From: Halocafeteria seosinensis
Taxonomy: Eukaryota
NCBI GenBank assembly: GCA_001687465.1
Contig: LVLI01000100.1
Span: forward strand, 62,001 to 126,000
DNA: 64,000 nucleotides
Reading direction: 5' to 3'
Below the pieces are notes generated by a model that made no database searches, had not been told where the DNA came from, and saw only the letters and a list, made by a program, of their open reading frames with translations. Shown piece by piece: positions 1-11,093 of the stretch; positions within the stretch are counted from its first letter, which is position 1, and each line of letters opens with the position of its first letter. A program made the position numbers and the translations under genes.

Positions 1-1033
1 CTAGCATACCCTGTGATATCTGCTTGGTTAATGTCTCATAATTGCGTTTTCCCGCTTCTCGCTGTGAGTTTGTTCATGGTAGTGTTCAATCTACTTGCGA
101 ACCTCCTTCTTGTTCACGGAATGGGGAGCTTTCCAGGTTTGGGGTTCATTGGAAGTCCAATGGCGACGGCGCTATCGCGCTGGGGTGCGCTCGTGTTAGT
201 CGGTTTTTACGCACGCGCTAAGGGCATGTTTGCTCGATCCTGGCCAGGTCTAAATCCCTGGAACTTTTGCACCAAAGAGCGCTTACACGACTTTTTGGTA
301 AAGCAGGTCTTGCCTCTCTCGGCTGGGAGAATGGTAGAAGAGTTTCAGTTACAGACCGTAGCACTGCTGGCAGCAAAGCTGGGGTCGGTAGCATTGGCAA
401 CGCATATGTCCATGTTTGATCTCTATTTCTTTCTTACGTCTACTCTTTACGGCCTGATTAATGCAACCCGAACCCGCGTTGGTCACCATATTGGCCGAGG
501 TTCCATAAAAATGGCGAAGGTAGCTGGGATCATAGATTTGGTGGTGTCTGTTCTATTGGGTTTAGTTAATGGGTGCCTGATCGTTGGCCTCCATGATTAC
601 GTTGGTCACGTTTTCTCCGAGGACGAAGCGGTGCTGAAGCAGATTTCCAAAATTAGCAATACGCTGGGACCTGCATATCTCATGATGTCTATTTTCTACG
701 TGGTACGTTTTTGATGCTGCTAGGTTTCATAAGGTATTTCGTCACGTTTCTTTATTTGGCTGCCTGCAGACAATGTCAATATTGACAGGTCTAGGCCGTC
801 CTCGTCCTGTTGCGGTTGCGTTTTTGATAGGTGCATGGGGTGTTAGTGTTCCTCTTGGTTACGTTCTTGGGTTCGTCGCTGAACTCGGTATTCTCGGATT
901 ATGGATTGGTATGACTGTAGGATATGCCGTCGTCTGTGCTATCGCCTCGTTCTACCTACTCCTGTATGTTGATTGGCATGGGGCTGTAGTGGATGCCAAA
1001 GCGAGAAACACGCAAAATTTACCTCCTGGCTAG
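1..1033 (+). CDS. MATE (multidrug and toxic compound extrusion) family transporter, 5'-partial
   Basis: Hydrophobic helices with MATE motifs (GLGFIGSPMATALSRW, TRVGHHIGRG, GILGLWIGMTVG). ORFs 13-714 and 773-1033 join in frame via a GT-AG intron at 703-769 (..FYV|TMSIL..). Confidence 0.9.
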
Positions 1034-1364
1034 CCCTATTTGTCACCCGTGCGTGATTACCTAAGACTCAGTTTCGCGACTAGTATTTTGCCGAATCAGA
1101 CCTATCCAGAACTCACTCGGCTGGCGTTGCCTTGTACCGGGGGTGTTTGCAGCTGCGGACTGTCGTTTCTTAACCGCTACACCCATAGTTAACACCAGCA
1201 GACTTGATAATAACGCGAAGAAGACTACATGTCTGGAAAATTGACCCCACGACAAAGCAACGGAGAGCCTCCAGAACTCACGGTACCATCTGTTTTCACT
1301 GGCAGCGAAGAAGTCCGCGTGGTGATGCTTTGGATTGTACTGCTTTGCAACCCCCTATCAATCT

Positions 1365-4001
1365 TCAAGTCGTAAAATCGTCATATTCCAGTCCCATGTA
1401 GAGTGTTTGGACAATTTCCCAGACCGTCCAGTGATCATTTTGTCGATACCCCACATATCCGTTCATGATAGTGACGACAACCTTGGCTGCATCGATAATG
1501 CCTCGGCAAATGAACTCTGACAGTTCAAATGCCGAAGAAAGCGATAGCGCTTCGATTATTTCCGTCGTGTGCCGCCGACAAATGGACCTCAATTGCCCTA
1601 AAATACCCCGGGACGATTCCAGATGACCCCAGTGGTTTCCATCCAACCTAGCTAGCTGCACGGAGCATTTTGTGCACACCTGATGTAATTGCGGATTGTC
1701 CAGGGCCGTGAATGTCGATAGATTGAGCTGCTGGTCTGTTACCGGAAACCCTTTCAGGATGATGTTGCATTGGAGTAATTCTTCGCAAAGTTCAGCCATG
1801 ACAGCGCTCTGAAGCGAAACAAAAGGTGACTCATTGTCCGCGGCGTCGCTGGCTGTCATGGCATTATAGCTCTTATTGAGGAAGTCATAAGACAGTGTGC
1901 TACTAAGGAAGTGTATGCACGCAACAAAATGATCGTTGAAGACTGTCGTGTTTTCTACGTTGTGAAGAGTTGAATCCCAGTAAGTACCTAAGCCGTCGTC
2001 AACGGTAGCATTCTCCATTTCATGGCCAATCTGGTACAGCTGCAACATAGAGTCAACACGCTCAAGGCAGTTTCTTATGAAACTATCTTGCTGCGATGTA
2101 TTTGATAGGGACGGAGACTGGTAAGAAAATACTCTGACGACGTTGGACTGAATATCAGACTCTTCATCTGATAACATCGATGACGTAACAGCGGGCCGTA
2201 AGGCTTCTAGTCTGGCAAACCCACCAAGTAGCTTCCTGCAGTCACTGCGTAAGAGTCTTAATATCTGTTTTCGTTGGAAGACGGAAACTTCTGCAGATTG
2301 CCAGTTTATATGGGTTCTTATCTCCCGAGCAGACTGCAAGCATCGCTCCGCTTGCTTTCGTTTGCCTAGACGAAGCAAACAAGTGATCTTGTCAATGTAA
2401 CACGGTACAAGAAGTGGGTCTAAAGTACAAGCGTCTTCGAACTTCCCAAAAGCTTCAGCATACAACTCCATTGAGTTAAAATAGCAACCCTCATGATGTA
2501 CCGCTGAAGCCAACTCTTGGCATGCAGTTAAAAACACATTGAGCGCTTTTGTATCAGTGAGCATCCTCTCAGCGAGGTCAAGAATCGTTTCGTTGCCAAC
2601 TTTTGTCAGTGGATCTGCTCCGGCTTTTATTAGAGCTGTAATAGCTCTGCACTTTGAAGCAACCTCCATACTGGACGCCACTACCCTTGCCAATGCAGTA
2701 TATCCCTCCTCGGTTTTGTCTTCAAGACTAGCGTTATATAAGACCAACTCGCCGATCGTCTCAATGCTTCCACATTCGCTAGCTAGGATTAACGCTGTAG
2801 ACCCAGTGTCATCTCTGGCTGAAACGTTAGCATGTCTCCTCAAGAGTGCACGGACAATGTCGACATAGCCACGCGACGCAGCGACATGGAGAGCAGTTTG
2901 CCCAAAGCCACTTCGCACTTCAGTGTCGGCTCCTAAAGACAGCAGCAAATCAACCATGTTTATTCGACCCAAGGAACAGGCTTTTATCAGCGCCGTTTCA
3001 CCGAGTTCATCAGTAATGTTGACGTCTGCATCATACCTGGTTACGAGTCTATGCACAGCATCCTCTTGGTCTCGTTCTGCAGCGCACATAAGAGCTGTTC
3101 TTCCATCATTCGTGGTCCAATTAGCTCTAGCACCCAATGAGACCAATACGCGTATTGTTTCTAGGTGACCGCATGAGGCGGCTTTGGTTAATGCAAAGTA
3201 TCCTATGTTATCCTGTCCGTTGACATCAATTCTAGCATGTCTAACAAGCCAACGAAGCATGGGTTCATCCCTTCCCCACATACTGGCTTCAATAAGCGCC
3301 GTGTTTCCATATACATCTCGCGCATGAACATTTGCCTTCATTTCATCAACAAGGAACTTCAGCGTCCCCAGATTGCCTAGTCGACAGCAGTGGAACACGG
3401 CAGTTTTACCCAGCGGATCTGCGGCATTTACATCAGCACCCTTTTGAACAAGCACCTGGATAACAGTTGTTTCTCCGTATAAAGCCGCGTCGTGCAAAGC
3501 CGTTCGACCATCATCATCTTTGATTCCTAGTTGCGCATTGTTTTCGATAAGTTGTTCCACAATCCCCACGAATCCTCTCATGGCCGCTTTCATCACCGGG
3601 GTTTTCCCGAGGCGTGCGTCTTGATGGTTGACGTCGGCTCCTAGCTCCAGCAGTTTCTTTAGAGCGTCCATTCTCCCGTAGAAAGCAGCGACGGCTAACG
3701 CCGTCTCCCCCTCCTCTTCCGTCACGGTATCCACATCAACGCCAATAAGGTTCACAAGTCCTCCGATCTCGGCCACGTTGTTATTCAAGACGGCGCGAAT
3801 CAGCTGCTGGGTCATTTCCGATTGAAACATGGACCTCCCACTGTCGGGCATTGAAGCAGCGGGTATCCCCTGCTGCTGCTGCTGGTAGTCCTCATCGGAA
3901 TCGCTGAGAACGGAGGAGCGATCGTCCATCGAGCCTAGCCAGGGAACATCCTGAACATCGGCACCCACTTCCGGGTCGCTGCCATGTCGCAACTCGTCCA
4001 T
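1365..4001 (-). CDS. Ankyrin-repeat protein with TPR-like segment and uncharacterised helical C-terminus
   Basis: About 11-12 ankyrin repeats (GETALAVAA, GKTPVMKAA, GRTALHDAA, GNTALIEAS, GQTALHVAA) followed by TPR-like helices (HHEGCYFNSMELYAEAFGKF..CYIDKITCLLRLGKRKQAERCL). First ATG at 4001; apparently intronless. Confidence 0.85.
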   Translation of the reverse strand: MDELRHGSDPEVGADVQDVPWLGSMDDRSSVLSDSDEDYQQQQQGIPAASMPDSGRSMFQSEMTQQLIRAVLNNNVAEIGGLVNLIGVDVDTVTEEEGETALAVAAFYGRMDALKKLLELGADVNHQDARLGKTPVMKAAMRGFVGIVEQLIENNAQLGIKDDDGRTALHDAALYGETTVIQVLVQKGADVNAADPLGKTAVFHCCRLGNLGTLKFLVDEMKANVHARDVYGNTALIEASMWGRDEPMLRWLVRHARIDVNGQDNIGYFALTKAASCGHLETIRVLVSLGARANWTTNDGRTALMCAAERDQEDAVHRLVTRYDADVNITDELGETALIKACSLGRINMVDLLLSLGADTEVRSGFGQTALHVAASRGYVDIVRALLRRHANVSARDDTGSTALILASECGSIETIGELVLYNASLEDKTEEGYTALARVVASSMEVASKCRAITALIKAGADPLTKVGNETILDLAERMLTDTKALNVFLTACQELASAVHHEGCYFNSMELYAEAFGKFEDACTLDPLLVPCYIDKITCLLRLGKRKQAERCLQSAREIRTHINWQSAEVSVFQRKQILRLLRSDCRKLLGGFARLEALRPAVTSSMLSDEESDIQSNVVRVFSYQSPSLSNTSQQDSFIRNCLERVDSMLQLYQIGHEMENATVDDGLGTYWDSTLHNVENTTVFNDHFVACIHFLSSTLSYDFLNKSYNAMTASDAADNESPFVSLQSAVMAELCEELLQCNIILKGFPVTDQQLNLSTFTALDNPQLHQVCTKCSVQLARLDGNHWGHLESSRGILGQLRSICRRHTTEIIEALSLSSAFELSEFICRGIIDAAKVVVTIMNGYVGYRQNDHWTVWEIVQTLYMGLEYDDFTT

Positions 4002-4682
4002 ACTACCACTTCTCGTGTTTCCGGAGACGACCACAGATGAAGCTGTCGGCCGACACGCTCGCTTGCTCTCCACACAGACGGGAACTGAACTGAAGTGAAC
4101 CTTGTTGCACTGTGGGGAGCAATACCATACATGTACATGCAGTGTGAAGGAAAATACGGTTAAGACACGGAGCGACTTCCTCCCGGGATCTAAGCTATCG
4201 GTCAAGTTCGCCCGTGCGTAGCCTGACACTATTCACATCCTACGAACCCCACCGATCCTAGGTATCTATTTACCGGTAAGGCATCGCCTTCCCTGAAGAA
4301 AATAGAGACGTTATGACGAAGGAATGATAGTTGGCTTCGTCAGCGACGTCACGCAGCGTCGCGAAGACGGTCTTATTATAAGTGACCTGAAAATGCCATT
4401 GGTAGCTAGAGTTTATTTTCATAAAGTTTTGGGTGCCGAACTAATGAAGTTCTTTTGGTTCGATTATACTGGATGAGCTGTGGATCCGATGAGTCTTTAC
4501 TTACCTCTTTACTTACCCTGTTCCTGTGTTGCCTGGGAGCGAAAGAAATTTATGAGTTGTGGACGCAACGTTGCCCTGTAAACATGGATTATCCGCCTTC
4601 ATCGTGGCTCTCACAACAAACCAATATGTGCTCTTCGTTTTACGAAAGGATGGTGTGCATTTTTCGCATAACCATAAATGCC

Positions 4683-5950
4683 CTACGCAACGCTGGATTC
4701 CCCTTTCAAATGTCGCTTGTAGAACTGAATCACGCGGGACCATGCTTGCTTAATGGCATCGTCGTCGTGGAGCATACCCAACTTCTCTTTTCTTTCGATC
4801 CCCTCAGTAGTTCCTGCAACAACGATAACATGGAATGTCAACACTTGCTCGTAAAAGATATATTCCTCTCTACTCACTGTTCATGAATCCATGGCCAACA
4901 GTTGGGTACCGATAGAACTCGTACTCAACACCAGCCTGCGAGAACTGGTCTTCGAGTTTTTTTGCGGCCTGCAAAGACACTAGGTGCCATCGAAACGTTA
5001 GACTCAAGACACTAGACTTGAGTTGTCGAACGCCAATGAACTCACTGCTGGGTCTGCAAAGCCTTCGTGGGTGTCTTTTTCTCCGAAATGGGCTTGCATC
5101 GGCTTATTCACCTTCGCAGGATCACACAAGTCCGGCGAGGGAGTTCCATAAAAGGTAATCCCACAGTCGATCTGGAACAGCAGCAGTAGAATTTTCGCTC
5201 ATCATCCCTTACAAGCAAAATGGCTTGACCATGAGAACCCGAACTCACCTCGTCTACCAACACACTGCCCGCGACAGAAAGAGCGCCGCCCATGCAGAAG
5301 CCAACTATTCCAACTGCACAACATGGACGGCATAAGGAGAGACAGAATTAGTAAATTCTAGCTTAGGAGCAACATAGCTCCTACTAAGCTCGTAATACTT
5401 ACCCTTCTTAACTCCGCTCTCTTTGAGAAACCGAGCAGCTCCGCGCAGATCTTCTACAGCTCCAGGCCAGTCCAAGTTAGACATTTCGTGTTTCGCCTGT
5501 GTATGAGAAATGTGACATTCATGGGCATCGAACCTCCCAGTTGGATCTATGGAGCTTACCTCCGCTACCTCGAGAGCCAATTTGCCTCTATATAGATCCG
5601 GGACCAACGCTTGAAATCCTGGGTTGCCGGTACGTCAGTCAGTGAACGATTATTCATAGACACTTACACGATACTACAATGTTGTGCAACCTTACCATTA
5701 GATGCAATGTAGTTCGCTTGCTCCTTGGTGTCGTTCGTCACTCCCCACCATTCTTGCAACACGATGACAGCCGCTTCGCAGGATTCTGCCAGAAAGTATC
5801 CAAAACATTGTTCCATGACAAACTCCATGGGCTCTACCGCTGGCAGTACATACCGTCTCCAAACAGATACCCCGGGACTTTAGATTCATCGGGGCGCGTC
5901 CACTCTACTTTCTTCCCCTCAGGCACTTGGTCAAGGGGGACAGCGGACAT
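4683..5950 (-). CDS. Dienelactone hydrolase (carboxymethylenebutenolidase) family protein, multi-exon
   Basis: Spliced product contains QEWWG, VPDLYRG, nucleophile motif GFCMGG, QAHFGEKD and YPTVGHGFMN. Several GT-AG introns, e.g. 5497-5559. ATG at 5950, stop at 4683. Confidence 0.88.
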
Positions 5951-6835
5951 TTTCCTCTTAGATATTGAGTTCGACAGTATCCCAGATTTCCAGAAAAACC
6001 TTCTTTCAAGCACTTCTCTTTGTTCCACGGCGTACGGACGGCCAAAATATTTGACGCTTACAAAAAGTTCAGTCTCCCTCCTAGGACAAACCAATTGGGC
6101 TCATAATGACATAAACTATGCTGAAAACGAGAACCAAAATGCGTGGTTGAAGTTGAAGAACCATACCGACAGGTTGCAACTTGCAACTTGTAAGAGTGGC
6201 TCATTCATTGAGTGGACACTGCGTCGATATGAAACCCTCCCATGTTTCCGGATAACCAAACTTGCTACAAATTGCTCTCAATGTGGCTGGGGAACGGACT
6301 ATGGCTGCGGTGTTTGTACTAGAGGAGGGTTACTTCATGCTGGAGTATACCACTAGATCGTTCGACACTCGAACTGAGGCTTTGCATAAGGAATACAACC
6401 ACCTGAACTTAACTTTAAGGTTTACCACCGCTTGTCTGAGGGACTCAGTGAGAGTACTGGCAATTTGTTCTCTTAGAGTTGGATGGAAGCTTGCAATATA
6501 CATCTCGTTATTCCATTGTACAGCTGCTGAATTTGCATGATACCGTGGAGGCATGTTTGCCGCAATGATTTTGTTGTGCGTCATAAAGTCCAACAGACAC
6601 TGCACTGTACGACAGCGATTCGTGCATCAATGGTGTCATGTGGAGACCTCAATGAGACCTTCACGAAGAATGAGACTCCCCTATTTCAGAGTCTTCACAT
6701 TCAGCCTGAATGATTCAGGCTCTGTATTGTGTATTTCCAGTGGAGCGACGTCAAACACGAGATCGTCAGTTTGGTCATTATAGCAACTTCTGTCATATAC
6801 TTTAGTACCGTTTCATGCCGTAAAACGTAGATGAA

Positions 6836-7586
6836 ATGGCACGAAAACGGCGTCGTGAAGGTGACCATAAACCTCCCTCGCAGTCAGCACAGAAGAAAAA
6901 GAGAGCCCATTCAGGCCGTAAGGACGATATTTCAGGCCCGGAAGCTCCACAGTATAAGAAACCAGACCCTCTAGGAGAGGAGAAATCGGCAGCGGCGTCT
7001 CCTCCTCCATCCACCCCCGTCAAAACACCGAGGAAGTCGGAGGGTAAATTGTCTGATCGTATAAAGTCAATGGGTGTAAGTAGTACCCACCACCGAGGGT
7101 GACGTATAATTGTTCTCTCTACGTACGTGTGTATGTATCTACGATCTTTTCAGTTCATGAACCGGAAACTGGAAGCACAAGCGCAACAGCATGCGGAAGA
7201 AGAGGAAGCCAAACGAAAAGAAGATCAAAAATGGCAAGTAGGAGGAGAGGTCAAACGGCCAAAGAGTAAAAAGCCCAAAAGCAGGTGAGACATTTCTTAT
7301 GAGTCTCTCTGCACGTGAAACCGCCTGAAGTTTTGCTACTGTGATGACCTTCAGATTTACCATCACCGCGGATAACACTTCAACAGCAGTACCCTCCAAT
7401 GGGTTTACTGCAAGACGGTCTTTTGCAAAGTTCAATAAACCACTGGAGACGCTAAAGAGGGAGCGCGAACGATCTCTTGCTGCTGAGGCACGCTCACTAC
7501 AGTCACAGAGGGAACAGGTTGACGAAGAGGAATTTGCAGAACGATATGAGCGATATGTACAGAAGAGACAATCAGCCGCCTCATGA
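6836..7586 (+). CDS. MPP6: M-phase phosphoprotein 6 (exosome cofactor MPP6)-like
   Basis: With two introns removed it reads KLSDRIKSMG|FMNRKLE..W..KSR|FTIT..RRSFAKFNKPLE..VDEEEFAERY, matching the recalled MPP6 motifs LS..l..MkFM.R, R.SF..FN and DEE.A.RY. Confidence 0.75.
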
Positions 7587-8170
7587 CGAGAAACGGACTG
7601 GGGCGCAAAGCCGCTGAGACACTGGAAAGCTCCGTAACACATTTTGGAGCTAATTGAAAAATATACGGTTTGCCGATGGAGACGCCACTGCCCTGGAGAT
7701 GCCGAGACTTGATATCACCTTCAGCAGAGGAACGGAGTCGTAGAAGCCAGTTGCGTCCTGCTTTTGGACGGTTTGCAGGTGGAAGTGCTTGAACCTCAAT
7801 TGTTATATAGAGGGCCGGCTCGATCGCCATTCTCATTCCTCCTGACGAGGGTTAACGAACGAAACAATATTGTGTACGCAAAATCCATGCATGTCTTCTG
7901 GACTGGGTGTGTGTATTCTAGTGCGTGGTTTGTGCCATTTTGTAGGAAGTCCTTGTTTCGACTTCATTTGCCGCAAATATACTCGTGATCTCCGTGCTCT
8001 ACCTGATTTATGAAACGCTAGATGATGTTCATGTTTTGATGACTGAGAATGGCCAAATAAAGTTGAAGTTTTGGATTGACCAACCAGAGTTGCCAATTGC
8101 AGTAATACCATATGTATTGCTAAAAAGAAGAGATTATTTGTTGGTATGAAAAAAAGACTCTTACCGTATA

Positions 8171-8533
8171 ATGAACATGAGACCTTCGCATCGTGTTGCA
8201 ATACCGCGGAGCACCATCGGCGGGGNTCGTGGAGGACTTACAGAGGCGCCATTTAGAGCCTTTTCCGAGGCCTCTAGTGCCCCTGAGGACGAAGCCTCTG
8301 GTGGGAAACATGGGAATACTTTCCGATACACATACGAGCGGATGCTGCAAGACTGTCCGATGGCTGTGTGTGCATACGGCGCGTGTATCCAGCGTAATCT
8401 ACGGAGCCTCCAGAAAGATGTCTGTCAGCAGCAATTCCTGGAATTGAAGAAGTGCATGCAGGTAGTCAGACAGTCTAGTGTACACAATATTCGCACTGGT
8501 TCTACTCGCACTCACAGTGGTAACAAAAAGTAG
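8171..8533 (+). CDS. NDUFAF8: Twin CX9C mitochondrial protein, NDUFAF8-like complex I assembly factor
   Basis: DCPMAVCAYGACIQRNLRSLQKDVCQQQFLELKKCM fits the NDUFAF8 pattern C...AYG.C....KD.C..EF..L..C. Start and end are uncertain: there is an N at 8226 and a probable 3' intron after CMQ. Confidence 0.65.
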   Translation: MNMRPSHRVAIPRSTIGGXRGGLTEAPFRAFSEASSAPEDEASGGKHGNTFRYTYERMLQDCPMAVCAYGACIQRNLRSLQKDVCQQQFLELKKCMQVVRQSSVHNIRTGSTRTHSGNKK

Positions 8534-8735
8534 ATGGAAACCGAGTCATTTAGCCAGAAGCTACCCAATTTATTGTGACTTAAAAGGGGTGGCCGATGTC
8601 TATTTAGAAACGAACACACAAGAACGAGAGCATTGAGTTACGGTTCAACAATAACAGCCAGTATGTAACGAAGCGTGCCGATTAACCCAAGCCAGACGAC
8701 TGTACGCGATTCAGCACAACCAACGAGCATTGGGG

Positions 8736-10436
8736 TCACCGATCCTCCTGATGCTCCACGCATTTCGAGATCGGTATATGCCGGTATCCTCGCCCCTTGC
8801 ATATCCTGGTCGACCTCTTAACATGAGCAGCTTGCCGTCTACCGTCAATGCTATTGTCTGGCACAGGCGCTGTGGAAGGGGACGTCGCCGTCCCGAAAGA
8901 ACTATGAGTCGGACTAGTGGTTGGAGTGGCACCGACGTGGGTGGAAAGCGGTGAAGCAGATGCGGAAGATAACTGAGTCTGAATAGGAGTGACCGTTGCC
9001 GAAGGCGTTTCAGTAATGGTTGGAGAAGTCAAGGACGTCGTTGTCCGAGTATAGGAAGCAGACGAGGTTTGCGTAGCTGTCGCAGAGTTTGAACACCTCG
9101 TCGTGCATGAAACTGAACCTGTTTGACTCGCCGAGGGTGTCCTCGTCTCTGTCGGAGTAGGAGATGGCAGAGTTCTGTGGAAGCGGAGGGTCGGTAGCAT
9201 GTTCCAACCCGGCATATACCAGATGGTTGGAGACCATTGGTTCCACAATCTACCTCTGATAGTGCTGAGGTATCCAGTATTAGTGTCGTTGATATCTAGA
9301 GCCCCGTTCACCATATCAGACAACGAGTTGTCCGAGGAATTGAAAACCGTGAATTTTATCTCCACACGTTTTGCATTGTCGTCTACCGTTCCTATAATAC
9401 CTCCAGCGCCGAAGTGTAGCACACCACCGGATGCATATACACGTGATATAAATATTTCTCCCCCCTCACTTCCAGCATCACCACCAAGTATACCACCTGC
9501 AGACATAGCCTTGATATGACCTGTGGAGTAGCAGTTGTTGATGATCACCACACCTCCTTCGCGTGCTGCTTGTATTCCACATATGCCGCCACTGGCGAGT
9601 TCATCAATGTTTCCCGTACTGAAACATTGCTCAATTGTAACTTGTCCCCCCTTGTTGCCGGCGTGGGTACCTGCAATACCGCCTCCTCCTTGATTGGTGA
9701 TATGGCCCGACGAGAATGACCGTGTAACAAAGACTTGCCCCGAAGCCTTCGCAGCAGAATGTCCCAGAATACCTCCTGCGCCCCATCCTCCGATACTGCC
9801 AGTTGAATAGCAATCCGTAATGTTTACTAATCCCGAGGAATATCCTACCGCTTCGCCTGTAATACCTCCTGAAGAATCACCTGCAATATCCCCGGTTGTA
9901 TAGGAGTTGGAGATTATGATCTGTCCCTCCTCCCCGCATCCCTCTCCGCATATACCTCCGCCTTTCCACATGATAATTCCCGTGGAACTGCACGAATCGA
10001 TAACAAAGAATTTCTGAAACTTTTGGACGATAAACCCCCCTGCCTCAGCTGCCAACCCGTTTTGCATGTGTACGTTATGAATAAACGGAGCTTGTTCGAA
10101 TGATTGAACCGATGAGGTATTGACTCTGATTAGGCCAGCAAAGTGTCTAACTCCTTGTAAGTCTATGACGTGACCGCTGCCTCCATCAAACACCTCGTAG
10201 GGGGCAAGTGTTATGAAGTCCTCTGGACCGTAGCCAGAATTCTTCCATTCCAAGGTGGGGCAAGTCTGGTTGAACAGCCCCTTTGCAGGATCGTAATTGA
10301 AACAAGTTTCATTCCCTGCGATAATTGAGTCTCTCAAGTCCGAGCATAATGAGGTCTGGCACAGCGAAGAAAACAACAGAAGCCCCATGAGCACCCAAAA
10401 ACTAGAGCAACCCAAAACTGCTAGGGTTTCCACCAT
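8736..10436 (-). CDS. Secreted Gly-rich GLUG-like repeat protein with Ser/Thr/Pro-rich mucin-like stalk
   Basis: N-terminal hydrophobic signal segment, seven ~27-aa repeats (consensus I..C[YF]STG.I....GGI.G), then a PSPTPTETRTPSASQT-type tail. Intronless. Confidence 0.8.
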   Translation of the reverse strand: MVETLAVLGCSSFWVLMGLLLFSSLCQTSLCSDLRDSIIAGNETCFNYDPAKGLFNQTCPTLEWKNSGYGPEDFITLAPYEVFDGGSGHVIDLQGVRHFAGLIRVNTSSVQSFEQAPFIHNVHMQNGLAAEAGGFIVQKFQKFFVIDSCSSTGIIMWKGGGICGEGCGEEGQIIISNSYTTGDIAGDSSGGITGEAVGYSSGLVNITDCYSTGSIGGWGAGGILGHSAAKASGQVFVTRSFSSGHITNQGGGGIAGTHAGNKGGQVTIEQCFSTGNIDELASGGICGIQAAREGGVVIINNCYSTGHIKAMSAGGILGGDAGSEGGEIFISRVYASGGVLHFGAGGIIGTVDDNAKRVEIKFTVFNSSDNSLSDMVNGALDINDTNTGYLSTIRGRLWNQWSPTIWYMPGWNMLPTLRFHRTLPSPTPTETRTPSASQTGSVSCTTRCSNSATATQTSSASYTRTTTSLTSPTITETPSATVTPIQTQLSSASASPLSTHVGATPTTSPTHSSFGTATSPSTAPVPDNSIDGRRQAAHVKRSTRICKGRGYRHIPISKCVEHQEDR

Positions 10437-10823
10437 GATGGCCCCAAATGCCGCCGGAGGTCAACGATTCTAATCAAGGTCTATGTAATACTGTATGAAC
10501 GTCTTGAAATCAACAACGTGGTACAAAATCTTGGGCATGCCTCTTCAGAAAGCAAGACTTTGTCTTCGCCTCACGAATACTGGTACACACTCATGCCTAC
10601 AAATGCTTATTGGGTGTTTAAGACCTCCCGGAATACGCGTTCTTATCCTTTATAGATATAGCTGTTGGGTCACTAAAGGATGCGTTGGACCACTGGGGTG
10701 AGGAGTGTTCTGACAAATCTTCCTCCAGAGCACTGAACGATTTTGCCCGTTCATACAATGCGCGACCGCGAAACAAACCGAAGAATGCATTATGCTCGCT
10801 GCATTGCTTCGGGAACGTATCTG

Positions 10824-10850
10824 TAGTAGAATCTCTAGTAGAATCTCTAC
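10824..10850. repeat. Short tandem duplication (tagtagaatctc x2)
   Basis: Read directly: tagtagaatctc tagtagaatctc ta, in intergenic DNA. Confidence 0.6.
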
Positions 10851-11093
10851 GGGGATGCGGAAAGTCTCTCAGAAGACCGCACCAGTGCGGCACCACTGTT
10901 ATACTTCAAGTTGTTCTGCTTGCATGGACATCCTCCTTCTGAACGTGAAGTTGAAAACTTCTGAACGTTTGTGAAATGGCACTATGCAGTATGAGGTTTA
11001 AGACGTTGTATTCATTAATTATGCAAAGGCGAAGGTCCTAAATCTCTGATCAACGTCGCTCCACAGAACGTGAAACTTTGTAAACAACAAAAA

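Noticed and set aside
1170..1367. Three in-frame TGAs at and after the ankyrin-gene stop, suggesting selenocysteine or a variant code
   Set aside because: The read-through peptide is not protein-like, no SECIS was seen, and TGA acts as an ordinary stop in POLR3C, KRR1, SDR39U1 and others.
4335..4368. Palindromic cttcg..gcgacg..cgtcgc-gaag hairpin
   Set aside because: It is short, lacks tRNA or terminator features, and could be chance or a promoter motif.
5679..6356. 225-aa plus-strand ORF
   Set aside because: It is antisense to the hydrolase 5' exons and promoter, with no recognisable motifs.
7139..7836. Minus-strand ORFs of 167 and 134 aa
   Set aside because: They are shadows of MPP6 and its 3' region.
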